Source: Myxococcota bacterium
GTDB taxonomy: Bacteria; Myxococcota_A; UBA9160; UBA6930
DNA: 64,000 bases
Direction: 5' to 3'
Assembly: GCA_965223415.1 (NCBI GenBank)
Contig: OZ245002.1
Coordinates: 2,944,001-3,008,000, forward strand
The notes below the pieces were generated by a model, which made no database searches, was not told the DNA's origin, and saw only the letters and a list, made by a program, of their open reading frames with translations. Shown here piece after piece: positions 10,612 through 22,318 of this stretch; the first letter of the stretch is position 1; every line of letters starts with the position of its first letter. A program made the translations under genes and the position numbers.

Positions 10612-12363
10612 ATGGGCTCCATCACCGGCGGCGAGCTCGTCGCCCGCATGCTCGCAACGGAAGGTGTCGAGGTGGTGTTCGGCATCATCGACGGCACCTA
10701 CTTCGGGCTCACCTCGAGCCTCGACCAGCACGGCATCCGGCTCGTCTCGCCGCGCCACGAGAGCACCGCGGCCCACATGGCCGGCGCCTACGCCCGCAGC
10801 AGCGGACGCCTCGGCGTGTGCCTGGCGAGCAACGGCCCCGGCGCGGCCAACGTGCTGCCCGGCATCGCCGTGGAGAACGGCGAGGGCAACCGCGTGCTCG
10901 TGCTCACGAGCTGGCGACGCGCACCGATCGTCGGGCCGGACCGGGGCGGCACCTACCAGTACTTCGACCAGCTCGCGGTGACGAAGCCGATGACCAAGTG
11001 GTCCGGAGCCGCCACCACCTTCGAGCGCATCCCCGAGGCCCTGCGTCGCGCGTTTCGCGTCTCCTTCCAGGGGCGGCCGGGTGTCGTGCACGTGACCATT
11101 CCGGAGGACGTGCTGAACGGCGCCTGCGAGGCGGAGCCCGAGGTGCGGGCGCCGGCGCGCTACCGGCGGGTGGAGCCCGTGCGGCCGTCGCCGGAGCAGG
11201 TGCGCGAGACGGCGGACCTGCTGGCAGCGGCGAAGGCACCGCTCCTCCAGGTGGGCAGCGGCGCCGTGCACGCCGGCGCCGGCGACCGCGTGGCGGAGCT
11301 GGCGAAGCGCCTGTGCGCACCGATCACCTCGAGCTGGGGCGGACGCCCGGCGGTCGACGAACGCCTTCCGAATGCGATCCCCATCCTCCCGCCCCTGATC
11401 GACCAGGTGCGCACCGGTGCCGACGTCGTGCTCGCGCTCGGCAGCCGCTTCGGTGAGACCGACTGGTGGGGGAAGGAGCCCTACTGGGGCCCGCCGGAGC
11501 GCCAGAAGCTCGTGCAGGTGGACGTGGACGAGGCCGTGCTCGGCCTGAACAAGCCGGTGGACCTGCCGGTCGTCGCCGACGTCGGCGCGTTCCTGGACGC
11601 GCTCCTCGCCGAGCTCGAGAGCCGTGAGCCCCCGGCGGGCCTGGCCGCGCGGGAGGCGAGGCTCGAGGAGTACGTCGGCACGAAGACCGGGCTGCGCACG
11701 TTCCTGCGCAGCGCACCGAACCCGCCGGACGAAGCGCCCCTTCACACGGCTCACGTGCCCCTGCTCTGCCGGGAGTTCTTCGACGACGACGCGGTGCTCG
11801 TGATCGACGGCGGCAACACCGCCGTGTGGACGAACCTCTATCACGAGAACCGGGTGCCGGGCTGTCTGCTCAGCACCTTCAAGTTCGGGATGCTGGGCGC
11901 CGGCGTGGGTCAGGCCCTCGGCGCGAAGGTCGCCCACCCGGATCGGCAGGTCTACTGCATCCTCGGGGACGGAGCGATGGGCTTTCATCCCCAGGAGGTC
12001 GAGACTGCCGTGCGCTGCGACCTCCCCATCGTCTTCCTGGTGCTGTGCGACGGCGCGTGGGGGATGGTGAAGTTCGGCCAGAGCATGGCGCTGGACCCGG
12101 ACCAGATGGCCGAGAAGCGTATGCTGCCGAAGGGCAAGACGCTGAACACGGACTTCCACGACGTTCGCTTCGACAAGCTGGCGGAGAGCATGGGCGCCCA
12201 CGGCGAGCGGGTGGCGCGGGCCGACGAGCTCGTGACAGCCCTCGAGCGCAGTGTCGCGAGCGGGCGGCCCGCGGTGATCCACGTGGACGTGGATCCGGTC
12301 GCCCACCTCTGGGCCCCCGGGCTCGACGTGTTCAAGAAGATGCACCTGGAGCCGGGCGCATGA
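10612..12363 (+). CDS. Thiamine pyrophosphate-binding enzyme (acetolactate synthase-like family)
   Basis: PRHE..AAHMA..YAR, GPGAAN, GDGAMG TPP motif. Confidence 0.9.
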   Translation: MGSITGGELVARMLATEGVEVVFGIIDGTYFGLTSSLDQHGIRLVSPRHESTAAHMAGAYARSSGRLGVCLASNGPGAANVLPGIAVENGEGNRVLVLTSWRRAPIVGPDRGGTYQYFDQLAVTKPMTKWSGAATTFERIPEALRRAFRVSFQGRPGVVHVTIPEDVLNGACEAEPEVRAPARYRRVEPVRPSPEQVRETADLLAAAKAPLLQVGSGAVHAGAGDRVAELAKRLCAPITSSWGGRPAVDERLPNAIPILPPLIDQVRTGADVVLALGSRFGETDWWGKEPYWGPPERQKLVQVDVDEAVLGLNKPVDLPVVADVGAFLDALLAELESREPPAGLAAREARLEEYVGTKTGLRTFLRSAPNPPDEAPLHTAHVPLLCREFFDDDAVLVIDGGNTAVWTNLYHENRVPGCLLSTFKFGMLGAGVGQALGAKVAHPDRQVYCILGDGAMGFHPQEVETAVRCDLPIVFLVLCDGAWGMVKFGQSMALDPDQMAEKRMLPKGKTLNTDFHDVRFDKLAESMGAHGERVARADELVTALERSVASGRPAVIHVDVDPVAHLWAPGLDVFKKMHLEPGA

Positions 12364-13307
12364 CCTCGGTGCTCGTGACCGGGGCCTCGGGCCTGATCGG
12401 CCGGCAGGTGGTGGCGCAGCTCGCGGCGGAGCCGGAGGTGTTCTCGCGCATCGTCGCCATGGACGTTCGCGATCCGGGCTCGGCCCAGGAGCCGGGCGTC
12501 ACCCACCTGAAGGGCGACATCCGCGAGCCGGGGCTCGACAAGGTGCTGCGCAAGCACGGCGTGGAGTGCGTCGTCCACCTGGCGGCGGTCGTGACGCCGG
12601 GGCCGGACAGCAGCCGCGAGCTGGAGCACTCGATCGACGTAGTGGGCTCCGAGAACGTGCTGCGGGCATGCCTCGAGGCCGGCGTGCGCCAGCTCGTCTA
12701 CACCAGCAGCGGCGCGGCCTACGGCTACCACGCGGACAACCCGGTCCCTCTGGGCGAGGACGCTCCGCTGCGCGGCAATCCGGAATTCGCCTACTCGGAC
12801 CACAAGCGCCTGGTCGAAGAGATGCTGGCCCGCGCCCGCGAGGAGCATCCAGAGCTCGCTCAGCTGATCTTCCGACCCGGCACCATCCTGGGCGAGAGCG
12901 TGCGCAACCCGATCACCGCGATCTTCGAGCGGCCGGTGGTGGTGGGCGTGCGCGGCTCCGACGCGCCGTTCGTGATCATCTGGGACGAGGACGTGGCCGC
13001 TGCCATCGTGAAGGGCATCCGCGAGCAGCGTAGTGGGATCTACAACCTGACCGGGGACGGGACGATCACGCTCCCGGAGATCGCGCGACGGCTGGGCAAG
13101 CCCTACCTGCCGATCCCCGCGCCGCTCCTGGCCGGCGCCCTCCGCGTGGCCCGCACCCTCGGCCTCACCCAGCTGGGTCCGGAGCAGGTGCGCTTCCTGC
13201 GCTACCGGCCCGTGCTCTCGAACGAGCGGCTGAAGCAGGAGTACGGCTTCACGCCGGGCGCCACCAGCGAGGGCTGCTTCGAGCGCTACCGCGCGCGGGT
13301 GTCGTGA
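12360..13307 (+). CDS. Extended SDR (NAD-dependent epimerase/dehydratase)
   Basis: TGASGLIG, HLAA, YSDHK; ATGA overlap with upstream gene. Confidence 0.88.
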   Translation: MTSVLVTGASGLIGRQVVAQLAAEPEVFSRIVAMDVRDPGSAQEPGVTHLKGDIREPGLDKVLRKHGVECVVHLAAVVTPGPDSSRELEHSIDVVGSENVLRACLEAGVRQLVYTSSGAAYGYHADNPVPLGEDAPLRGNPEFAYSDHKRLVEEMLARAREEHPELAQLIFRPGTILGESVRNPITAIFERPVVVGVRGSDAPFVIIWDEDVAAAIVKGIREQRSGIYNLTGDGTITLPEIARRLGKPYLPIPAPLLAGALRVARTLGLTQLGPEQVRFLRYRPVLSNERLKQEYGFTPGATSEGCFERYRARVS

Positions 13308-14074
13308 GCGGCGCGCGGGTCGTCGTCACCGGCGCCGCCGGCGGCATCGGCGCGGCCGTGGCGGAGCGCTACGCGCGGGAGGGCGCGCGGGTCGCCCTGC
13401 TCGACCGGGAGGAGACACGGCCCCCGTCGCCGGACGGGCTCGCCCTGCGCTGCGACGTGACCCGCGAGGACGAGTGCCGGAAGGCCATCGACGAGGCGAC
13501 CCTGGCCTTCGGCGGACTGGACGTGCTCGTGAACAACGCCGGCGTGACCCACCTGAGCGCCTTCGAAGAGACCGACGTGAAGGTGCTGCGCCGCGTGATG
13601 GACGTGAACTTCTTCGGCGCCGTGCACTGCACGAAGGCGGCGCTCCCCGCCCTGCTCCAGGCCCGCGGGCAGGTGATCGCCCTTTCCAGCGTCGCTGGCT
13701 TCGCCCCGCTCGTGGGACGCACCGGCTACGCCGCCAGCAAGCACGCCCTGCACGGCTTCTTCGACTCCCTGCGGGCGGAGTTCGGCGACCGCGGGCTGCG
13801 AGTGATGCTCGTCTGTCCGTCCTTCGTGGACACGGCGATCGGCGCGCACGCCCTCGGCGGCGACGGCGGCCCTGCTCCGGTGGGCGCGCGAACCGGCGTA
13901 CGGCACCCCCTCGCCCCGGAGCAGGTGGCAGACGCCATCGTCCACGCGGCCGCCCGCAACCGGCGGCTGCTCTTGATTCCGCGCGAGGCCCGCCTGGCCT
14001 GGTGGATGGCACGCCTCCTACCCGTCCTCTACGAACGCCTGATGATCCGGCGGACACGAGCGGAAGGCCCTTGA
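13304..14074 (+). CDS. Classical short-chain dehydrogenase
   Basis: TGAAGGIG, NNAG, YAASK. Confidence 0.92.
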   Translation: MSGARVVVTGAAGGIGAAVAERYAREGARVALLDREETRPPSPDGLALRCDVTREDECRKAIDEATLAFGGLDVLVNNAGVTHLSAFEETDVKVLRRVMDVNFFGAVHCTKAALPALLQARGQVIALSSVAGFAPLVGRTGYAASKHALHGFFDSLRAEFGDRGLRVMLVCPSFVDTAIGAHALGGDGGPAPVGARTGVRHPLAPEQVADAIVHAAARNRRLLLIPREARLAWWMARLLPVLYERLMIRRTRAEGP

Positions 14075-15420
14075 GCGAGCGGGAGGAGGCCCTCCCTCGC
14101 CACGTGAAGAGCGGCTACGCGCTGGGCGACCACACCATCAACGTCCAGCTCGCTTCTGTCTCCCTCTTCTTCCTGTTCTTCCTGACGGAGGTGGCCGGGC
14201 TCGCGCCGTCGCAGGCCGGGCTCGTCCTGCTGCTGGGCCGCGCGGTCGACGCTTTCACGGATCCGCTGATGGGCCGCATCTCCGACGCCACCCGCTGGAA
14301 GCTCGGCCGCCGGCGGCCCTGGTTCCTGATCGGCGCGCTTCCGTTCGGGCTGAGCTTCGCGCTTCTCTGGTCGCCGAGCGGCCTCGAGCGCGAGGCCGCG
14401 GTCTTCGCCTTCTACGCGCTCGTGTACGTGGCGAACACCCTGTGCTCGACGCTCCTCGCCGTACCCTACGTCGCGCTGCTTCCCGAGCTGGTCCTGGGCT
14501 ACGACGAACGCACCTCGATGAACACCTTCCGCTCGGTGGTGGTGATGGCGGCCATCCTGCTGACCGCCGTGGGGATGCCCGCGCTGGTTGGCGCCTTCGG
14601 AGGGGGCGCCGAAGGCTACGCCGGCGCCGGGCTGGTGCTCGGCGTGTGGGTGGCGTTGCCCTGGCTCGTGGTCTTCGGCGTCACCTGGGAGCGGCCCGGG
14701 TTCCGCCGGCCCGGTGGGCAGGGCCTGGCGGCGGGCCTGCGCGAGCTCGCCGGCCACCGCACCTACTGCATCCTGGCGGCGCTCTTCGTCTCCGCGCGCA
14801 TCGCCGTGGACGTGAGCGGCGCCATGTTGCTCTTCTACTTCACCCATTGGCTGGGCCGCGGCGAGGACTTCCCCTTCGCGATGGGCGCCATGCTCGGTGC
14901 CGTGATCCTCTCCCTTCCGCTGTGGCTCCATCTCGCCCGCAAGCTCGACAAGCGCACCATCTTCGTCACCGGTGCGCTCTGGTGGAGCGTGGGCTCGATC
15001 GGCGTGCTGCTCTGCCAGCCGCACCACGGCCGCGGCCTCGTGCTCCTGCTCTTCGCCTTCTGCGGCGTCGGCTATGCGGTGGCCGACCTGATCCCCTGGT
15101 CGATGCTCGGCGACGTGATCGACGAAGGCGAGCTGAGGAGCGGCGAGCGCAAGGAGGGCCTCTACGGCGGCTTTTTCACCTTCCTGCGCAAGCTCGGAGG
15201 CGCGCTCGGCGTCGCCGCCGCCGGCTTCATCCTCGACGCCGCCGGCTTCCTGCGCGGCGGCGCGGCCCAGAGCGAGACCGCGCTCTCCGCGATCCGCTGG
15301 CTCACCGCGATCGGCCCGATGGCGTTCCTGCTCCTCGCGGCCTGGATCGCGCTCCGCTACCCGCTGACCCGCGCGCGGCACGAGGGGGTCCTCGCCGAGC
15401 TGGCCGGGCGGCGGGGCTGA
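14071..15420 (+). CDS. MFS transporter, glycoside-pentoside-hexuronide (MelB-like) family
   Basis: DAFTDPLMGRISD..RWKLGRRRPW, PYVALLPEL, R.EGLY motifs; many TM segments; TTG start overlaps upstream stop. Confidence 0.88.
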   Translation: MSEREEALPRHVKSGYALGDHTINVQLASVSLFFLFFLTEVAGLAPSQAGLVLLLGRAVDAFTDPLMGRISDATRWKLGRRRPWFLIGALPFGLSFALLWSPSGLEREAAVFAFYALVYVANTLCSTLLAVPYVALLPELVLGYDERTSMNTFRSVVVMAAILLTAVGMPALVGAFGGGAEGYAGAGLVLGVWVALPWLVVFGVTWERPGFRRPGGQGLAAGLRELAGHRTYCILAALFVSARIAVDVSGAMLLFYFTHWLGRGEDFPFAMGAMLGAVILSLPLWLHLARKLDKRTIFVTGALWWSVGSIGVLLCQPHHGRGLVLLLFAFCGVGYAVADLIPWSMLGDVIDEGELRSGERKEGLYGGFFTFLRKLGGALGVAAAGFILDAAGFLRGGAAQSETALSAIRWLTAIGPMAFLLLAAWIALRYPLTRARHEGVLAELAGRRG

Positions 15421-15866
15421 GGACGGCCCCCACCTTCGTCGCAGCCACCCTGCTCGGTGAGCCGATCATGGCCCTGCCGGCCGCGGTCTACGCCGCGTGG
15501 AGGCTGCCCGCCGCCCTGGCCATCGGCGCCCTGCGCATGCACCTCGGCCGCGATTTCGCCTGACCGGGCTCGCGTGCACGCGCCGCCGCGCCCGCCGCCG
15601 AAGTGGAGGATGACGGAGGGGCCTGCGAGCGCCGCGGGCACCCGATGCGTGGCGCGTGGCCTCGCTGTGCGGCGCCCGCAGGCCCCGGGGAACGCGCTTC
15701 AGGATCGAACGGTCCCCGGCGAAACGCGGTGACGGAACTCACCGCGGGTGCTCGTCTGCGTACGGCCGGTTCGAAAGGGGACGCCACCACCGGCGCTCCC
15801 CTCCCGCGGCACCCGCATGCTTCTCGCACGCCGGACTTCGTCGGGGCGCTTTCGCCCCAGGCGCCC

Positions 15867-15882
15867 GGGCACGCGGATTGCT
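15867..15882 (+). promoter_or_regulatory. sigma54 -24/-12 promoter
   Basis: GGGCAC-GCGGA-TTGCT 28 nt before ATG15911. Confidence 0.65.
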
Positions 15883-16616
15883 CTACGGGGAGTCAGGACG
15901 GAGCCCCCCGATGCGCGCGGCGCACAGCGAGAACATCCTCGAGACCCTGCGAGCCGGTGGTGCCCGACCCGGCGGCCCGGAATCCCTCGCCTCTCTCCTC
16001 GCCGACGTGTCACTCCTGGCGCGCACGGGACCCCGTGACCGATTCGTGGAGCGCTATCTCGTCGCCGGCGCGCCCATCGTCGACCGGGTCGCCTTCCGGC
16101 TCCGCGCGGCCGCGGCGGAGCTCCGGGTCTCGGTGGCGACACGCGTGTCGTCGACGCGGCCGCTCCTGATCGACCCGTGGCGCGTGGAGCGGGGCCTGAT
16201 CGGTCTGGCGCTGGCCGTCCTCGCGGCCAGCTCCGGTCGGCCCTCGGCGCTGCGCATCGGCTTCGAGCGACGCGGCGATGCCGGGGCGTTCCGTGCGACG
16301 TCCTGCCCGCAGGCAGCCGGCGGGGTCGCGGACCCCTCGGCGCCCTCGGCCGACTCCGCGGCCCTGGGCCTGCTCGCCGCCGGACGTGCGGCGGAGGCCC
16401 ACGGCGGCTGGGTGGCCCTCTCCCTCGAACCTGAAAGAGAACTGAATCTCTGGCTTCCGGCCGATCCGGAGGCGTTTCGGAGCCCTTCCGGGTTCGCGGC
16501 GTCTCCTCACGACTTGCCGTGCAGGCCCTGGAACCGAGAAGGTGTGAGAGGTCACACAAGTCGGTGTTGGGGGGCAGGGTCTGCACGGCTCCTGGGGGGG
16601 AAGGACGGGGACCTCA

Positions 16617-18011
<1,395 letters not shown>

Positions 18012-19536
18012 CCCTGATCCGGCATTGCGAGGTGTAGGGAAAGCCCGGAATTGAAAGTGGCTCCGTCGGTGTGCTTGATGGAAGTGCCAACCACCATCAT
18101 GCCTCCGAGGAGCCACATTCGTGAAGCTAAGCAGACACCGGATTCGAGCCCGCGTCAAGGGCGAATTGTCGATCGCCTTCACGGATGAGGCGCTGACGAG
18201 CTACGGCGGGCTGGAGCTGTTCCGGCGCTTCTTCGACCGCTTTTGGGCAGAGCGCCTGAAAGCGGCCTTTGCGGATCGGGCGTTCGACTCGGACTACGGA
18301 TCCTTCCGCTGCATGCTGGTGGTGGTGGGGATGCTGCTGCTGGGAGGGAGCCGTCTCTCGCATGTCCGGGTGCTCGATCGGGATCCGTTGTTTCGGCGGT
18401 TCGTCCGATTGCAGCGGCTTCCGGACGAGCGGACCCTGGCGAGGAACCTGAAGGAGCTGACGTCGGGCTACCGCGATCGTCTGAACGAACTGCTGCGGGA
18501 CATGGCCTATGGAACCCACACAGGGCTCGGCTTGGAGCGGGCCACGATCGAGCTGGACGGCACCGTGCTTCGGACGGGCGAGTACGTGGACGGCGCCGAG
18601 CGCGGCTTCAACCCACATCACCCGAAGGACCCGTCCTACTACCCGCTGACGGCGCACCTGGCGCAGACGAGCCAGCTGCTCGGCGTATGGAACCGGCCGG
18701 GCAATGTGAACGATGCGGTGGGCGCTGCGGAGAAGCTGGCCTTTCTCCTGGGCGACGCGAAGCGGCGCCTCGATCGGGTCCCGATCGAGGTGCGGCTCGA
18801 TGGCGCCTTCTTCCAGAAGGCCGTTCTCGAGGTTCTCACGGCCTCTCGCGTGGAGTACGCCCTCAAGGTCCCCATGTGGCGCTGGCTCGGCGTGCGTGAG
18901 AAGATCGCCGCCCGGAAGCGTTGGCACCGCGTCAACGCGAGCGTCGACGCCTTCTCCGTCGTCCACCGGATCCCACAGTGGAAGCGCTGCGAGCGGATCG
19001 TGGTGTTCCGCAAGAAGGTCTCCGGGCGAAGCGCGAAGAACTTCCAGCTCGACCTCTTCACCCCGGACGATGGCCACTACGAGTACTCGATGGTCGCGAC
19101 GAACAAGCGGACCAGCGAGGCCGCCGTCTGGGCCTTCATGGCCGGACGCGGCGGCCACGAGAAGACGCTGGCCGAGCTCAAACAGCACCTGGCGTTCGCC
19201 ACCATCCCGACCCAGGACTGGGACGCCAACAGCAACTGGCAGCTGCTCAGTGCCCTGACCCACAACCTGGTGCGGGACTTCCAAGCCACGCTTGGCCTGC
19301 CAGAGCGACCCAACGGCCGAAAGCGGACCGCCCGGCTCCGCTTCCCCTCGCTCCGCACGCTCCGCTTCGAGCTGATCCAGCTCCCTGGCCGCATCGCTCG
19401 GCCTGCCGGACGCGCTTCGCTCCGAATCGCCGCGTCCTCGCGCAGCCGCTCCACCATCCGGGCCGCCGAGACCGCGCTCGCCGCGTGAGCCCGCCAGACC
19501 TACGCTCGGATCCGTGATCTCAATGCCGGATCAGGG
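18012..19536 (+). mobile_element. IS1380-family insertion sequence, 1525 bp
   Basis: Perfect 16-bp IRs CCCTGATCCGGCATTG (18012-18027, 19521-19536); CTAG direct repeats at 18008-18011 and 19537-19540. Confidence 0.93.
18121..19488 (+). CDS. IS1380-family DDE transposase
   Basis: LTSYGGL, IELDGT, SYYPL, RPGN, RLDGAF, RGGHE..LAELK. Confidence 0.92.
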   Translation: MKLSRHRIRARVKGELSIAFTDEALTSYGGLELFRRFFDRFWAERLKAAFADRAFDSDYGSFRCMLVVVGMLLLGGSRLSHVRVLDRDPLFRRFVRLQRLPDERTLARNLKELTSGYRDRLNELLRDMAYGTHTGLGLERATIELDGTVLRTGEYVDGAERGFNPHHPKDPSYYPLTAHLAQTSQLLGVWNRPGNVNDAVGAAEKLAFLLGDAKRRLDRVPIEVRLDGAFFQKAVLEVLTASRVEYALKVPMWRWLGVREKIAARKRWHRVNASVDAFSVVHRIPQWKRCERIVVFRKKVSGRSAKNFQLDLFTPDDGHYEYSMVATNKRTSEAAVWAFMAGRGGHEKTLAELKQHLAFATIPTQDWDANSNWQLLSALTHNLVRDFQATLGLPERPNGRKRTARLRFPSLRTLRFELIQLPGRIARPAGRASLRIAASSRSRSTIRAAETALAA

Positions 19537-21213
19537 CTAGCGGTCCTCTGCGGGCGCCGCGAGGACCGGCAGGCGGAGGATGAAGGCGGCGCCGCCGCCG
19601 AGCCGGTTCTCGGCCTCGAGCTCGCCCCGGTTCTGCCGGGCCAGGTCGAAGCTCAGGCTGAGGCCCAGGCCCAGGTGTCCGTCGTCGTCCTTGGTGCTGA
19701 AGAACGGATCGAAGACGTGGGGCAGGAGGTCCGGCGGGATCCCCGGGCCGCGGTCGATCACACGCACCTCCGCGTGATCCGCGAGAGCCCGCAGCTCGAT
19801 CTCGATCGGAGGCGCCTTGCCCGCGGCCTGGATGGCGTTGATCAGGAGGTGGAGGATGATCTGGACGACATCCTCCTCTCGCGCGAACACCGGCGGGAGC
19901 TCGTCCTCGCGGCCGATCCGCAAGAGGTCCGGCGACCGGCCCATGGCGGCCATCTCGATCGCCCGGCGCACGACCATCGCCAGATCGAGCTCGCGCGCCG
20001 GCGCCCGGTCCTCGTCGCGTGCGAAGGTGCCCAGGCGGCGGACCAGGCCCGTGATCCGATCCGCGCCCTCGATGGCCTCGTCGGTGATGGCCATGGCCTC
20101 CCGCGCGACGCGACGCGCCCGCGCGGGCAGCCGGGCCACGAGCTCGGTTTCCTCCCCGATCGCCACGGCGAGCGTGCGCAGCATGCCGAGGTTCCCTCGC
20201 ACGTAGGACAGTGGGTTGTTGATCTCGTGGGTCACGCCGGAAATCAGGAAGCCGAGCGCCTCGAAGCGGGTCGCCAGCTCGACGCGACGCTCCGCGCTGC
20301 GCAGCTCGGTGCGGTCCTCGAGCAGCGCGGCGGTTCCGAAACGGATGCCGCCCCGGGAGAGCGGCGCCACGCTGACCTCGATGTTCCGCAGCGGGTGGCT
20401 CCTCGCACGGGCGACCACCTCGTGGAGGAGCTGGCCGATCGGGTCGTCGATCCCGGTAATCTCCGCGGCCGCCGCGTTGGCGTCGACGACCCGGTTGCCC
20501 GCGTCGGCGACCAGCAGCCCCGCGTCGATCTGCTCGATGACCTCGCGCCGCGCGAAGGGCTGGTAGTAGGGAGCCAGCCCCGTCTCGAGGAAGAGGAACC
20601 GGAAGACGACCGCCACGGCGCCGAGCACGGCGGGCGTGGGATCGACGGCGGGAACGCCCCAGAGGTTGAACACGACGTTCACGCCGAAGGGGATGCCCGC
20701 GCCCAGGGCGAGCAGCCAGACGACACGCTGGCTCTCGGCGTGCTGGGCGAGGAAGCGCGCGAAGATCGCGAAGCCCGCGAACACCATCGTCCAGGAGGCC
20801 GCGGCGTGGAAGAAAAAGAACGGGCCGTGGCGCGGCGGCCGGGCCGTCGGGTGGACGAACCACTCGCTGCCGGCCCAGAGCGACAGGTAGCCGACGACGC
20901 CGGGCGCAGCGAAGAGGGCGAAGAGCCAGAGCCTCTCTCGGCTCCAGCTGGCGCGGGTCGCCTGGCTGGCGCCCCACAGGAAAGCGGGGCCCAACGTGCA
21001 CACGCCCAGGAAGAGGATCCTCCTGGCCAGCCACACCTCCGCATCGTCGGCCGCGTGCCGGACGAGCAGCTCACCGGCGGACCACGCGACGATGGCCAAG
21101 GCCGAGACCGCGATGCCCGGGAAACGCCGGCGCCAGCCCGGGGCGAGCAGGAGATCGACGGCGATGGAGCCGTAGACGATGGCCGCGAAGAGGAGGGCGA
21201 GGTCGAATAGCAT
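19537..21213 (-). CDS. Sensor histidine kinase with N-terminal 7TM region and PAS
   Basis: Hydrophobic N-terminus; THEINNPL H-box, NAIQA, DRGPGI, FDPFFSTK, GLGLSL. Confidence 0.93.
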   Translation of the reverse strand: MLFDLALLFAAIVYGSIAVDLLLAPGWRRRFPGIAVSALAIVAWSAGELLVRHAADDAEVWLARRILFLGVCTLGPAFLWGASQATRASWSRERLWLFALFAAPGVVGYLSLWAGSEWFVHPTARPPRHGPFFFFHAAASWTMVFAGFAIFARFLAQHAESQRVVWLLALGAGIPFGVNVVFNLWGVPAVDPTPAVLGAVAVVFRFLFLETGLAPYYQPFARREVIEQIDAGLLVADAGNRVVDANAAAAEITGIDDPIGQLLHEVVARARSHPLRNIEVSVAPLSRGGIRFGTAALLEDRTELRSAERRVELATRFEALGFLISGVTHEINNPLSYVRGNLGMLRTLAVAIGEETELVARLPARARRVAREAMAITDEAIEGADRITGLVRRLGTFARDEDRAPARELDLAMVVRRAIEMAAMGRSPDLLRIGREDELPPVFAREEDVVQIILHLLINAIQAAGKAPPIEIELRALADHAEVRVIDRGPGIPPDLLPHVFDPFFSTKDDDGHLGLGLSLSFDLARQNRGELEAENRLGGGAAFILRLPVLAAPAEDR

Positions 21214-21416
21214 CGGACACCCACGTGAAACGGTGTCGTGTGTGAAGGAGTCGCCACCCGGCCCTCCAACCGGCTTGCGCTCACGAAAGGAGTCTGGCAT
21301 TCGACGCGCCGACCCTCAGTGACCGCACTCACCCGCGGCGCGATTCCGGGAGATCGCCGCTGCGCCAGCTCCGGCGTGCAGCTGCGTCGACTCTTGCCGC
21401 TCCGCTGCCGTTCGCT

Positions 21417-22205
21417 TCAGGCGCCCGCTTCGATGTTCCCCTCGAGACGGCGCAGCAAACGGCCGGCCTCGGGCAGGCCTTCCGGATGCACCTCTTCGGA
21501 GGGACGGAGGCCGATCCGGCGGCGCGCCTCGGCGAGGGGCAGGGGGAGCATGGCCTCGTAGTCGACGCAGGCCAGGTTCGGGGGTCGGCGTCCCTGGCGG
21601 AAGGCGCGCGCCATGAAGCGGAGCCACTGGATCGGCCGGGACGGCTTCAGCAGCGCCATGTACACGAGGAGTAGCTTCAGCGGCAGGAGGGGGATCTGGC
21701 CGGCGGTGAAAGAGTTGACTCCGATCTCGCCAACGATGTCGCGGCCGTAGCCCGAGAGGATGTGGAAGAGGTCGTGACTGTTCGCGAGACGCCGCACGAA
21801 CCAGAGCTGGTCCTCGCTCCAGCCGAAGCGGGCCGCCTTCTCTTCGAGGCCCGCGGCCGACAGGAAGGCGTCCGACGTCCCCATCCCCTCGCCGCCCATG
21901 TAGTCGAGGTACGCTGCGGCGAAGCTGTCCGGGGGCATCGCGGCGAGGGCGGCGCGGTCGGCGAGCAGTTCGTTCAAGTCGCGGCGGGGGCGCTCGGCCA
22001 GGAGCGCCCGGCCGACGTCGTCTCGCGCGAAGAGCTCGAGCTCCTGCTGCACGGTCGGGCCCGCCAGGGCGAACATCCCCTCGAACGCATCATCGAGTCC
22101 ACCGGAGCCGCCGAGGAAACGCCACAGGCTTCCGAGGCCGCTCCGCCAGTGGCGCCGGAGCCGCACGAGCTCGGGATCGGGCGACGCGTGGCTCGCTGCG
22201 GACAT
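21417..22205 (-). CDS. Coq4-family protein
   Basis: HDLFHILSGYGRDIVGE (HDxxH..E) motif; AGGAGG RBS. Confidence 0.8.
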   Translation of the reverse strand: MSAASHASPDPELVRLRRHWRSGLGSLWRFLGGSGGLDDAFEGMFALAGPTVQQELELFARDDVGRALLAERPRRDLNELLADRAALAAMPPDSFAAAYLDYMGGEGMGTSDAFLSAAGLEEKAARFGWSEDQLWFVRRLANSHDLFHILSGYGRDIVGEIGVNSFTAGQIPLLPLKLLLVYMALLKPSRPIQWLRFMARAFRQGRRPPNLACVDYEAMLPLPLAEARRRIGLRPSEEVHPEGLPEAGRLLRRLEGNIEAGA

Positions 22206-22318
22206 GGGTCCTCCTGGACGGGCGGCGGTCAGCTGGAGACGCCGGTCCCGAACACGTTGATGGCGCGATGCACCCTCCCGGTGACGTTCCGCGAGAGAAG
22301 ATAGGACGCCTCGGCGGA

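Noticed and set aside
15468..15563. 31-aa ORF MALPAAVYAAW...
   Set aside because: No clear RBS or recognisable motif
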